From Microthyrium microscopicum (Eukaryota): DNA of 64,000 bases. The DNA lies in assembly GCA_010405405.1 (NCBI GenBank), contig MU004231.1:2433860-2497859 (forward strand), written 5' to 3'. Shown piece after piece: positions 37,663-49,432 of the stretch; positions within the stretch are counted from its first letter, which is position 1; every line of letters starts with the position of its first letter. The notes beneath the pieces are model-generated. The model ran no database searches and was not told where the DNA came from. It was given only the letters and a program-made list of their open reading frames with translations. A program made the translations under genes and the position numbers.

Positions 37663-38212
37663 GATGATGTTGAGGCGGTGGAAGCCGGATGTGGTGCTAG
37701 TGGAGAAACGAAGGGCAAACGAGTAAGTTGGTACGTCTTGAGGGTAGAGGGAATAGACAGAACAAGAAGTCGGCGTGCCGGTATCGTGAGGTGATGTATG
37801 AGAATGCAAGGCGAGCTCTCCGAAAGGTGATGCCTGCTTGGGTGACGAAGTTGGCTTCGCGCATGGGCAAGCAGTCCGTGCATGGATCTGGCCATACACA
37901 ATTTTGATTGGTGCATTGATAGTGGCTCAAAGCTCTAGCGAGGCTTGAATAGTGTTTCAGCCTGATGGCAATTAGAAGCTGATCAAATATCCTATTTCCT
38001 GTTTCATCCTTCAAATTGCATGACTGGTCTATGAATAATAAGAGTAGACCCCAAGGGGTTATTCACTTAGCTATGAGCGCTTACATTCCAGCAAACCATG
38101 AATATAAAGTGTCTAGTAATAGAACTCCTCAATGTTCATCAACTCTCCGCTATGAATAAAATACTCATCGCCGTTGACAACTATTGTAAATACCAACATT
38201 GGTAACCTGAAA

Positions 38213-40079
38213 CTACTTCCACTCTTGCCCCAAGATCTCTTCCATTGCGACTCCTTTTGGCAAGCTAGGAGTCAAGAAACTCTTCAAACCTTCAAGGTCA
38301 GTTTGCGAATAACTGTTAATCAGCTTATGCGGATCTTCCACACTCAACGATGCCCTGACAAACATCATAAGCACACTTATCCAACCAACACCAATCTCCC
38401 CGTTCCGTATTCCTGGTGCGTGGCGAAACTCAACAGTCTTATTGTCCCCCGCTCCATCAAGATTAGTGAAGCTCCAAGCAAAATAGCGTTCTGTATTAAG
38501 GACTGCAGATGATTTCGGGTTCATCAGTCTGACAAGCTCGGCAATCGTCTTAGACGACAGGATCTCATCAAATACCAGCTTCCAGCTTTCGTTGGGTCTC
38601 GATTCTGGGAAATGTGGACTCAATCCATTTGGTAACAGCAATTCCAATGACTCTTTGAAGTACAAAGCGCAACAGCTTAGTTTCTGAAGATCAGTCAAGC
38701 TCCATTCGCCAGAGGCCGGTGAAATGTGAACATGCATTGGGCATTGAATGTCTCCTCTCATCTTGGTGTCCAAGGATTTGAAGACCTGTTTTATTGGAGA
38801 ATGCCAATCTTGATCTCCAATGTCAGTAAAGACTGGAGAGGTGATCTTAATTTTGATTTCGTCTGCCACGTCTGCCACGTCTGCCAGTCAAAGTCAGCTT
38901 AAGCATATACGAATATGACCCAGCAGTGGCCGGTGGGCTATGAAGATGACGTTTTTTGCTCAACGCATCAGTGCAAGAAGGAAATTCATGTCTCTTACCT
39001 CCAGATTCTCTCTCGTTGTCACTGAAGTCGACCTTTCTGAGACTCCAGGCCCCATGACTAGTAAAAGATTTTCCAACAGGCTCACCCTCTGCCTGCATAA
39101 TTTTCTCATTAGATCCCATATGAAGCAATGCGGCATTCATCAAGGTCTCAATTTCCTCAATTGTATGCTTGCGAGCGGCCTGATCTGGGTTGATAAGTGG
39201 ACTAGCACCCGTGCTGATAGTCTGCATACCAGAAAGGCTCTGCAACATTTCGCTCGGTTGCCATCGAGGTATCATTGGGTATTGTTGGCTAGTAGTGCCA
39301 GCACTGTCTACCGCAAACATAGGAGCATTTCCTAGACCACCACTCTGATCCGGGTTATCGAGATTGAGGCGAGCTAGCATTGCTGTCATTGCTGTCCTGT
39401 GCTGATCGTTCAAGAGCGCGAGGCGTGTCTTCATGTTCTGAAGTTTGCGGTCTCCTTCGGAAGCTTCAGTATCTTCTCCACCGGCAGGAGTTGCCATGGC
39501 AGATCCCGCAGTGTTGTTTTGATCATCGGCTTGGCCTTGGTTGTGCTCCATGCCTTGTTTTTCTCTATAAGCATCCAGTTCTTTCTTCTTACGTTGTTGC
39601 TCTGAGAGCATGAATTGCATTTGGTGATCCTGAAGAGCGAACCTACCTGCTCCACTGCGAGGGTCGTCCGGCATAGGGAATGGAAAGTTGTATGACCCAA
39701 CACTAGGCCTTGAAGCTGGAATCATTAGTTCTTTAAGTTTCTCGTTCTGTTGTACGGCCAAATTGAGCTGCTCTTGATAATTCATCTCCCCTCCACTTTC
39801 TTCCTTTACAACTGATCCTTCCTGTTCCTCGGACTGCATGGCCTCTCGAGCAAATCGACAGGCAACCCTCTTGACATTTTGCTTCTCCAAAAGCTTCAAC
39901 TGCTCATGATAATTCTGTAGCGCTATGGGATCTGGTGGTGTCCCAGCCTCAGCATTTTCGGTGGGCAGATTGTAGCTGGGAAGATTGCCAGAGATTGATG
40001 GCACAGTCGTTGCCTCTGCGGGAGGGTTCGAGAGGAGACATTCGATTTCGAAACTGAATGTCAGGTTTCGGTACAACAT
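38213..40079 (-). CDS. Putative amidoligase-like (Amidoligase_2/COOH-NH2 ligase fold) protein with a long Q-rich insertion; intron ~38998-38881
   Basis: TFSFEIECLL at the N-terminus, then ITSPVF, MHVHISP, RYFAWSFTNL and KTVEFRHAPG, in the motif order of fungal putative amidoligases. The start ATG is uncertain. Confidence 0.7.
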
Positions 40080-40647
40080 GGTGACAAGATCTAGCCACGT
40101 TTTGCCAGATTGATTCGAATTTTGGGAGGATCTGGGACTGGAAGGGGACACTGATCAAATGTGGTGAACATGATTGAGCTGGTGGGTGGGGCAGCTGCAT
40201 GAAGACTGATGCATGTCAATTGACTGATGATCCTCGAATGCTGCCCTTGAGCTTATCTTCCAATTAAGAACAAATGCGTTCCGGAATACCGAAATCTTGA
40301 TTATATGAACTGCAGTCTGCGGTATTGCCGTTCGTTGAATCTAGAAGAAAGCGGCTGGTGCAATAGTGCGGTGGTATAGGACTGCTCAGTGTACATGAGC
40401 TTGATCAAGGCCCTGCATTCACAGCTCCTGATGCCATAACAGAACAACTGAAGCCATAAACGAATTGCTTCGACCGTCTAAATATATCCTAATCTAAAAC
40501 GAAATGAGAACAACACACCTCCCATGAGAACACATAAAACTATCGTACAGACCTTGACAAAACCACAAGCACTGTTCCCGCCAGCAGCAGCACCAGACCC
40601 CGTTACCTCAACAACGTCTCGAATTCCGTCTTCATCCCAAGTATGCG

Positions 40648-43578
40648 CTAGGTATTTCCAGAAGCAGTAGCAGTAGTAGAACCCCTGCTCAACAAAGTCT
40701 CAATATCACCCAGTCTCGCACTTCGTTCATTACCACGTTTCGCCTTCTTCTCCGACAGCGCCAACATCATAAGCTGTCTCTTTCGTTTCTGAATCTCCAA
40801 TACTTTCTCTTCAATACTATCCGTCATGACCAACCTATATACCGTACAGGCTCTCTTCTGTCCCAGCCGATGTACGCGATCAACAGCTTGGTCCTCGATC
40901 GCAGGCGCCCACCAGCTATCAGCGAGGATTACGCAATTGGCGGAAACTAAGTTGAGACCGACACTGCAGACTGCTAGACTGGCGAGGAGGACCGTGACTT
41001 CTGGATCTTTCTCGAACGCAGCCATGGCGGCATCGCGCTGAGATGCTGACATTTTGCCCGTGATTTCGACAAAGCGGATGCCAGTTTTCGCGACTTGGAT
41101 ACCAATAACGTCCAAGAACGAAGTCCATTGGCTGAAGACGACGGTTTTATTGGCTTTGTTCTTGTCGCAAGCTTGGAGGATTGAAATTAGTGCCTCGACT
41201 TTGCTGCTTGTTTCTGTAAATTGCATGCCAGCTGGCTTATCGTCGGTCTCTTCTTTTGCTGGCCTCAAAAGTTGGCTGACATCGTCAAGTTTGGCGCGAC
41301 ACATGGGGCATTTGTGCTGGGTTTCGATGACTTTTTCGATGCAGTTGTAGCAGAATATGTGGGAGCACATGGAAATGACTGGGTCGGTCATACTGTCCAG
41401 ACAGACCGGGCAGTCTTCTTGGGCTTCAATATTCAGTTGCAGCATCTTTTGGAGAAGTTCCCGGTTTTCAGGGGTTAGATCGAGACATTGGCCTTCTTTG
41501 ATTTCCAGTTCTTTTAGACGAGCTTTTCCGACAAGTTGCCAGTGGTTGCAGAGTTGGCGCATTCGGAGGAGGACCTCTAGCAGATTTCTGTAAGCTTTGG
41601 ATGCATCAACTCCAGACTTGCCTCTGGCACGACGATAGTCCTCAAGAGTGCCAGTAGCTTCGGCAGATAGTGCATCGTATTGCTCTGATTCATGAGGATG
41701 GAAGTCAATTCTGTGAATGTATTCGGACAGCTCAGGAAGTTTGAGGTCGATGAATTGCATGTCTTTCTTGCGTCGTAAGCAGATGGAATTCATCAATGCT
41801 TGTAGATTCTCGCCAGCTTTCACAAGCCCAGCATTCAACGGTCGAATAATGGCCCCATTGAATAGCTCCCATTGGTTAATTCCACCAGTGAGACGCATAA
41901 ATCGGACAAGAGAGTATAGATCCTTCAAAGAGTTGATGATAGGAGTACCAGTCAGCGACCAGCGAGATTGGGCCTTCAAGGCGCAAACAGCTGTGCTAGT
42001 TTTCGCCGCTGGGTTGCGAATGATATGGCCTTCATCAAGAATGATTCTTCGCCAAGTGATGGCACCAAGGCCGCTCTTTTCGCGATTGTGGGCATTCTTG
42101 CCAAAATGTTCTGAACGGATAGTGTCATAAGTTGTGACAACGAGATCATAACCTTCCACAGTCTTCGGGTTGAGCGGTGCTCGCTTGGAGCCGTGATATA
42201 CCAGAATTTTGAGTGCACTGTGTTCATGAATATGCCGCTCAGCTTGCTGCACCCAATTTGACATTACGCTCAAGGGAGCGACGATTAGCGATGCAGCTGA
42301 GACTCCGGCTCCTTTTGGAATTGCAAGTTCTCGATCAGCGATGATCAAGGAGAGGACCTGGATAGTCTTTCCCAAGCCCATATCGTCAGCCAATATACCT
42401 CCACTAGCAAGCTGTGGAGATCCCTGATATGAGAAATTGGTTGCCAAATGCGTAAAGTAGCCTGGTTTGGTGGGTGAGCGCTTCCAAAGTTGGACAGAAT
42501 TGTTGCCCGCGGGTACTTGAGGAGACTCCTTGTTAAGAAGCCACTGAAGACCTTGAAGCTGATAGGGCAAAAGTTGAGACTTGATTCCCGCTGGTTGTTT
42601 AGCCATGGGCATATTTTTCAAGTAATCTTCGCCCAGGCTGAACTTTTCGGCCATCTCATCAAAGTTTCGGGGATTGAACTTTTCGCTTTCTCTCATAATA
42701 TCCTCTAGGTTTGGAGCCTGTTCGAGTGCAGCCATTGAAGACCCAGCCCATTCTGGAGTTCCGCTTCCCCATTGGCCACCATTACCATTCCCGACGACAG
42801 CAGCCTTGGCTTTTTTGAGGAGCTTTTCTCGCTCTTTCTGTTGGCGCTCAAATTCTTTCTTGCGGGCAGCTTCCTCTCGCTCCAGCTGGCTCAATCCACT
42901 GACTGGCAATTTCTTGTCTTTCATCTGCTCTTTGACACGAGCTCTGATGGAGGGATCGCTGCTTCCAAAGAATTGGAGAAGTAAGGGGCAATCATAATCA
43001 CCCTTTGGTCCGCGAGTGATTGCCTCTATCCTCAGCGTATTCTGGTCCATGAATGGTGCTAGTTTGGCGGCTATAGTTTTGGGGATATGCCCGATTTGCT
43101 GATTCTGTACGTTAAGGATCTGAATGGCATTGGAGTCATATGGGTTATTGGGTTCTCTTCGGACAAGGACATGTTCGTTGCTAGTGACATAGCCATTGTA
43201 GAACCGAACGCCTACGATCTTGGACTCAAGAGCTCCGTATAGACAATCGGCAGCGTTTTGATAATTTTGGGTGGGATTGACTTCGAGGTCGTCTGCAACC
43301 CAGTCATCATCATCTGAGAAGAATTCGTCGGGAATAGTAATATCTGAGTGAATGTTCTGATGGAAAGACGGATTCCGCTGGGAGCTCTGTGCTTGTGATG
43401 AGGCAAGATATGACGATGGTTGAGAGCTTTGGGTGTGATGGGTGTGATGGGTGGTCTTTGGATTTTTGCGAGATACAGGGAGTTGGAATTGACGATCAGG
43501 CTGAACAGGGGAGGAAGAAGTCAGATCAATGACCACAGGGTCAGCAGCTCGTTTCTTTCCGCCCTTGGGTGGTGCCAT
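40648..43578 (-). CDS. Rad5/HLTF-like SNF2 helicase with HIRAN and RING domains
   Basis: HIRAN (IVGVRFY..REPNNPYDSNAI..GHIP), GGILADDMGLGKT, LDEGH, LTGTPIIN, RING CPVC..CSHIFC..C..CPMC and WWAPAIEDQAVDRVHRLGQ. Single 976-aa ORF. Confidence 0.92.
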   Translation of the reverse strand: MAPPKGGKKRAADPVVIDLTSSSPVQPDRQFQLPVSRKNPKTTHHTHHTQSSQPSSYLASSQAQSSQRNPSFHQNIHSDITIPDEFFSDDDDWVADDLEVNPTQNYQNAADCLYGALESKIVGVRFYNGYVTSNEHVLVRREPNNPYDSNAIQILNVQNQQIGHIPKTIAAKLAPFMDQNTLRIEAITRGPKGDYDCPLLLQFFGSSDPSIRARVKEQMKDKKLPVSGLSQLEREEAARKKEFERQQKEREKLLKKAKAAVVGNGNGGQWGSGTPEWAGSSMAALEQAPNLEDIMRESEKFNPRNFDEMAEKFSLGEDYLKNMPMAKQPAGIKSQLLPYQLQGLQWLLNKESPQVPAGNNSVQLWKRSPTKPGYFTHLATNFSYQGSPQLASGGILADDMGLGKTIQVLSLIIADRELAIPKGAGVSAASLIVAPLSVMSNWVQQAERHIHEHSALKILVYHGSKRAPLNPKTVEGYDLVVTTYDTIRSEHFGKNAHNREKSGLGAITWRRIILDEGHIIRNPAAKTSTAVCALKAQSRWSLTGTPIINSLKDLYSLVRFMRLTGGINQWELFNGAIIRPLNAGLVKAGENLQALMNSICLRRKKDMQFIDLKLPELSEYIHRIDFHPHESEQYDALSAEATGTLEDYRRARGKSGVDASKAYRNLLEVLLRMRQLCNHWQLVGKARLKELEIKEGQCLDLTPENRELLQKMLQLNIEAQEDCPVCLDSMTDPVISMCSHIFCYNCIEKVIETQHKCPMCRAKLDDVSQLLRPAKEETDDKPAGMQFTETSSKVEALISILQACDKNKANKTVVFSQWTSFLDVIGIQVAKTGIRFVEITGKMSASQRDAAMAAFEKDPEVTVLLASLAVCSVGLNLVSANCVILADSWWAPAIEDQAVDRVHRLGQKRACTVYRLVMTDSIEEKVLEIQKRKRQLMMLALSEKKAKRGNERSARLGDIETLLSRGSTTATASGNT

Positions 43579-44358
43579 ATTGATTAATGGATGGCAGAAT
43601 GTTAGATGAAGCTCAGATTGTAGTCGGGTCCTGCGAGGAGCTATGGTAAAGGCAATGAAGCTGAAGCATAAGGACAGCTTGACAAGAAAGGAATTAGTGT
43701 GGGTGAGTAGTCAGCTCAAGTAGGGAGGAAACTCGAGATAAGTGGTAGGATGACGTGTAATAAGCGCGTTTCATAACAAATCCGAGGTCTCACTGTCCCA
43801 ATTTAGCAAGCGTGTTTTGTCACAATCGCGCTCTCACGTGCTTCCATCTTGCATCAAATCTGTCAAGTGGAATTGATCAATTGCCTTGATACCCTCACTA
43901 AGTACTCAACAACTCAAATAGAGAATTAGCTCCAACTGTCAGGTAACACTTCAACGAGACAGGTTACTACGGAGGCTGCCATCTGGTTTGCTGCTTGCCT
44001 GCTGCTACGTAAGTAGTCTAGTGCTAACTATGTAATGTCTTTTACTATGTACATTGTACACGCAAGTCTTCGAATACCTAAAGAATGTAGAGATAGATTC
44101 CTAAAGAAGTAGCAGAAATTGAGGGGTAACGATTGCAATGATTAGAGATATAAAATGATTTAAGAATGAGGTTGCACATGAACCGCAAGACCCCCACGAA
44201 AATGCAAGGCACCTCGAAACTCCATGTCGTAGCATCCTAACTTTTCCAATTTACTCCACCGTTCACCCGTCTCTCTATCTCGGAATTAACTTCACGATTT
44301 GACATCCTTTGATAAATAGTTAGACGATATCAATCGCAGTCCAGGCCACAGAACCACA

Positions 44359-45365
44359 ATGCCATCCTCGCGCCCCTCAGCCAGATCCAGATCGCCACAC
44401 TCACGAACCGCCCATCCAAGCCGAAGATCCAGATCTCCTCGACCCTCCTCGCACAAGACACAGAAATCTTTTCCCTTCAAGGTTAGACCTTTGTCGAAAC
44501 ATGAACTAGAGTCATTTCGCGGACTATTTGCCCTCTACCTCGAAGCGCAGAAACAAATCGATATCAATGAGCTAGACGAAAAAGAGCTGAAAGGACGATG
44601 GAAGAGCTTTTTTAAGAAATGGTAAGCAGCTCCAGGCAACATAATATACATCTTCTAGACGCTAGGCTGACGATTTTGAGGAATCAAGGTGAACTAGCGG
44701 AAGGCTGGTATGATCCCGAAACGAAGCGCAGAGCAGACGAGCAAGCTCTCGACGTCCCTCCTCAAGAAGAGAATGTACATGAGCCAAAGGCACAAGACTC
44801 GGACGATGAGTTTGGTCCGGCGATGCCAGCGCATGTGTCTGGCGGAGCAAGAGCCGGACCATCTATACCCAGCCTCCAAGATCTAGCATATCGAGACGGT
44901 AAACACACCCATCTTCCCACAAGAACTCCCACCTAACTCTTCCTAGAACTTGTGCAAGAAAGCCACCTAGCATCCCGCGAAGACACCCGATACGAGCGCA
45001 AAACAGAGCGCAAAGCACAGAAAGACCGCATGGAAGAACTAGTGCCACGAGCCGACGCAGGGACCCGGGAACGCCAACTCGAAAAGAAAAAAGAAACGTC
45101 AGCATTACACGCCTCCTTTCGAGAGAACAGATCGCCGGGCGCAGAAGAGATTCCCGAAGGCGACTTGATGGGCGATGACGGCATTGCGAACTATAAGCGC
45201 AAGAAGATGGAGGAAGAGAAGAAAAAGTCAGAGAGACAGCTGAGGAAGGAGGAGATTTGGCGGGCCAAGGCTGAGGAGAGGAGGGAGATCTTGGAGGTTC
45301 GGAAGGAGAAGGAGGATCGGACTATGGATATGTTGAAGGAGTTGGCGAGACAGCGGTATGGTTAA
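44359..45365 (+). CDS. Conserved nuclear RS/charged protein, SCI1 (style cell-cycle inhibitor 1)-like; exons 44359-44621, 44681-44898, 44947-45365
   Basis: RS-rich N-terminus, FALYL..ELKGRWKSFFKKWNQGELAEGWY, EELVPRADAGTRERQLEKK, coiled-coil C-terminus ending LARQRYG. The family assignment rests on recalled motif similarity. Confidence 0.7.
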
Positions 45366-45564
45366 AGTCCGGGTTCGCGTATTGATGAAACCATTCGTTG
45401 AGTATGAATTGATTTATCCATCCAAGTAGTAGGAGATGTTCTACAGCCCAACGATACTTTGAAGTTCCTACATTGTGTTCACACAGATATTCCAGTTACG
45501 TCGTTTCATCTACTGAGGGACTTCAAATAGAGATGTAGACGGTTATATTCTCAGGCTAATCATT

Positions 45565-46679
45565 CTATTGCTTCAGCCTCGTTCCCTGGATATCATCCTT
45601 TGCGTCCTTCACCAAAAATCTAAAACTTCATTAGTCTCACGCCCCTTTCAAAAATGGCACGTTAAAACTTACGAATACCACCAGATAGTAGGCACCACCG
45701 TCCCCAAATGCCAAAGACTATGCGCATCAATCATCCCACCCCAAGGCGCAAAATCAAACAACTCCATACTCATCGCCAAAACCACCCATGCAACAATCAT
45801 ACCCGGCCACGCAGACCACCACTTCTTCGTCCGCTGGAAGCGATAGACACTAAACCAACTCCACATCACATTAGCCGTAACGCCTACCGCAATGTTCGCT
45901 GCCATGTTGTATGTGTAGTCCCATGTCCAGAATGATAGGTATGAGACGTGTGCTATGTATAGCGCAACGCAGATTAGCGTCCACGCGCGAAGCAGAGCAG
46001 ACTTTGAAGGCGTGGACTCTTCCAGTCTAAATATCCGAATTGGACAATAATAAAGACCGTATAGCACGCTTGCGCCGGCTGCGAAGTAATCCAGTTTTTC
46101 TGTGAGTGCGAAATCGCGGGTGTGGAATAACATGCTGAATGTCCATGTTACGAGGCCAAAGTATCCGAATAGTAGGTAGTATTTCCTCAGCTCGTAGGAC
46201 GCTGGTACCTGGTCTTTTAACCGTCGTATACCCGCATCGTGGGCGAGAAAGTTTAGGAGCGAGAAGAGGACGCTAAAAGGCTCTTGCATGCCTAGGAAGC
46301 GGTGAAAGGGCCATTTTCCGTGGAATTGGAGGATTGGTTCACGGTATGGAGGGTCGCGTGCGAGACGTTTGTCGGTTACGACATGTTGGCAGTGGTAGTC
46401 GCATTCGGCGGGACAGTTCCAGAGAAGGAGACGGCGTTGGAGAGGGATTGGGGTCGGGTTGGAGGAGTCGCAGTTCGTTTTGATGCAGACCTAATGGTTG
46501 GGATGTGAGATTCATTGTTCTGTTGGGGGATTGGTGGTATAGGAGGAGCTTACTTTGACGCATTCCTTAAAGTCTGGTAGGCGGTCACCTAGTGATGCTT
46601 GGGCGGGGACGGCTTGGAGTAGAACGATGGATAGGAGTAATGCGGCCCAGTGCCGTCTTCGAGCTTCCAAGGGCCGCAT
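45565..46679 (-). CDS. PER1: Per1/PGAP3 GPI-remodelling protein; exons 46679-46554, 46490-45673, 45619-45565
   Basis: ASLGDRLPDFKECV, WNCPAECDYHCQ, QFHGKWPF, MQEPFSVLFS, FHTRDFALTEKLDYF and DAHSLWHLGT motifs; canonical introns. Confidence 0.92.
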
Positions 46680-49432
46680 GACGAGACAAAGATGAAGATA
46701 GAGATAAATGTCGAGTAGATATCAAAGTGTCAAGTTACATGTAGCTATTTCTGGGCGCGAAGCAACGCCACGGCCCGTAGCGACAGTTGCAGATGGAACG
46801 TGCACCGGCTCATATTTCGGCCCGATGTATCTATCTTCTGGTACAGTGCATCATGATGTACATGTAATGGTTTCTTTTCCATCTATCTGGAAAAAAATGT
46901 AGTACATCTCAACTAATAGGCCAGAAGTCTATCAATGTTATGAATTGAACCAGCGAACATTGGCTTGTTTTGGATTTTACATGTGAAAAACCTGACGAGT
47001 TTCTACCGGTATTAGACTACCAGCCTTGCATGAATGGCGACTGTGGGATTTACCACTAAAATCGGATGTAAGCAATTCCGAAGTACAAAGTAATGAAAAT
47101 GTTAGACTGGCATAAAACAGTCGTCAGCACAACAGCCGTGGCTTGAAAGGCTTTTGATAGTGCTTGATATAGATTTCAATTGGGAACATATACGGGGTAT
47201 GGTTGCATTACCTATTCTATTCTCAATGTTACATATCTTCAATCGGTAATAGGCTAGTATCAAGAAATTCTTTGAGGCTTCTAGACTTTTATCTTGAGTA
47301 GAGCTTTGATGCGCGGCCAGGATAGAAATTGGCATGTGCAGAGTGCCTGCGCTCTGCAGAGGCTTGTGCCATGACAATGGCAATCTAGCTGAATTCCGAT
47401 ACTCTGAACTGCAATTGCGATAATAGTGTTTAAAGGTACAAACAAGTTTCACCAGCTCATTGAGCGAGACGTGCTTTGATCGCGATCCACATTCTGATTT
47501 AATACGCTTGTGGTATGGAACTTGAAGGAAGAATTAAGAGTTCTGCAAGTGCCGTTGTTCAAGGAGGCTCTCGCAGGAAGTTAGAGGATTCAATCTCGGA
47601 CCCGGATGGATTCCTGATGGTCGGGGCCTAAGGGTTACTGGCTCGTAACTTCAATATCATGCCATGGCCCATATGTTATCCACTCAAAATGGGTTGGCGA
47701 CGCGATTGTTGATGATGACCGAAAATGGATCGAATCCTCTTGTCGTCTTGAGACGCAGAAACTTGCAACAATCGAATGCTATCTGTCTTCACGATGTCGT
47801 CGATCCCAAAGCCCATGAAGAAAAAGATGAATCGGGATAGAATGGGTGGACACTGGACTGTGGAATGTTGGTGCAAGAAGAAATCCAAAGCAGCGGGTTG
47901 CAGCGGAAAGATGTTATTGGCCGCCGACGCTAGACGGAGAATCTAGAACGTCCATGGACCCTTTTTTGCAGGGATTACAGATGCTTGTTTCAGTAAGTTC
48001 AAAGTTGATACGACCCTCAACTGCCTCCACCACTGACCAGAACCACCTCTCTTCCGCTGTCCTTTTCATTATCAATTTACCATACACCGTACCGGTGGGA
48101 ACCAGCGCGGCTAGGAGCTGCCTAAGTTAGAGGCAGTTTCGCGAGTGGATCGCAATGTTCACAGGCCGTGTGTGCCAATATCAAAATGTCTTGATTGTTG
48201 TCTAGACTTTGCACTTTGGCTGTCTAAAGCTCTAAGCTTCCATCCTAAAAGTACGACTACCACCCATGTCGGATCACTTTGCGGTTCTTTTTATAAATTT
48301 GCGGCTGCATATGGTCTGCGCGGCCTCCAGTCTGTTCTGCCGTTTATCCTTTATCCTTACTCTACAAGTCTACTTCAGGCGCGCCTCGGGTTCAACGGGT
48401 TGGCGCACAAGAACTACAGACATACAGCAAAACTCGGCACGATTTGACAATGTGGAATTATCTCAACTATCCTGCAATTGCAAATGCCTAACTAGGTTGC
48501 CCAAAAACATCCCTCAACCAGGGACACTACATTCCAAGACTCTGTAGAGCTGGGGCACACCTGGCGATATCAGATCCTAGTCTATACTGGCCCAACGACT
48601 CTTACTCATTGTAACAAAGCCCAAGAAGAGGCACGGTCTAAGCTATCGGACGGGTCTGTTTGTTAGGCTTGGGGTTTTTAACCCCCGGCTCCAAAAACTT
48701 GAGCAGGGTCCAAAACTTTCTTTATCAAGCTAGGAAGTTGGAGCAAACAGGCTACTTTGTGCTTGTATTCAACTAACCCGCGTACCCAATCCCAATACTT
48801 TGGCACACTCGAATTCAGCACTGAGGCCAAGTATTATTCAACTTGCTTCCAGTATCTTGTCCGCGCCTGCCGCCATCTACTGTAACCTAATCCATATTGG
48901 TATACATTCTCCCTAGAACCTGCCTTGCATCTGCGCAGCTTCCATCGTGGTCCTTCTGCTTCCGGAGCACCAACATTTGAAGTCTCTTAGTCCTGCCTCT
49001 TCTCCTCTTTCCTTACCAACTACAATTCCCCTACCAGGCTACCAGGCTACCAGATAGCACCAAAACTCCCACAGCAGGTACAACCAACCGCACAACACTT
49101 GTCTCCCATCAACGGAAGCATTTAACACGGCTCGAATGTCAACTTTAATAACAGTTCCATGGATTGAATCTTTGTCAGCCACTGCATCTAACCAATAGCC
49201 CATTATTGCTTGACCATCAACTCCGGGACAGTTGCTGTTGACCTCTCTTCAACCTCGACTAGCTAACTAGCTCTACTTCTTGTTGTACTCTACTTACCAT
49301 TGGTACGTTGTCTACGGATCCATTGGAGTACCTGTTGTTTGTGGGCGGTCGTTGCAGAAGTCAGCCGCATCCCAGAGTACGAGAGCGACAAAGGCCTTTC
49401 GGGTTCTTCCATGTCCTCAAGCTTCTCAAAGC

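Noticed and set aside
37663..37916. N-terminal extension of the 241-aa ORF 37191-37916
   Set aside because: A short ATG exon with a canonical intron (start 37662) explains the gene better; the extension is probably 5' UTR and intron.
46700..49280. Short ORFs and micro-repeats (e.g. CTACCAGG x2-3) in a long intergenic region
   Set aside because: No coding signal or clear RNA structure; probably promoter or long 5' UTR.
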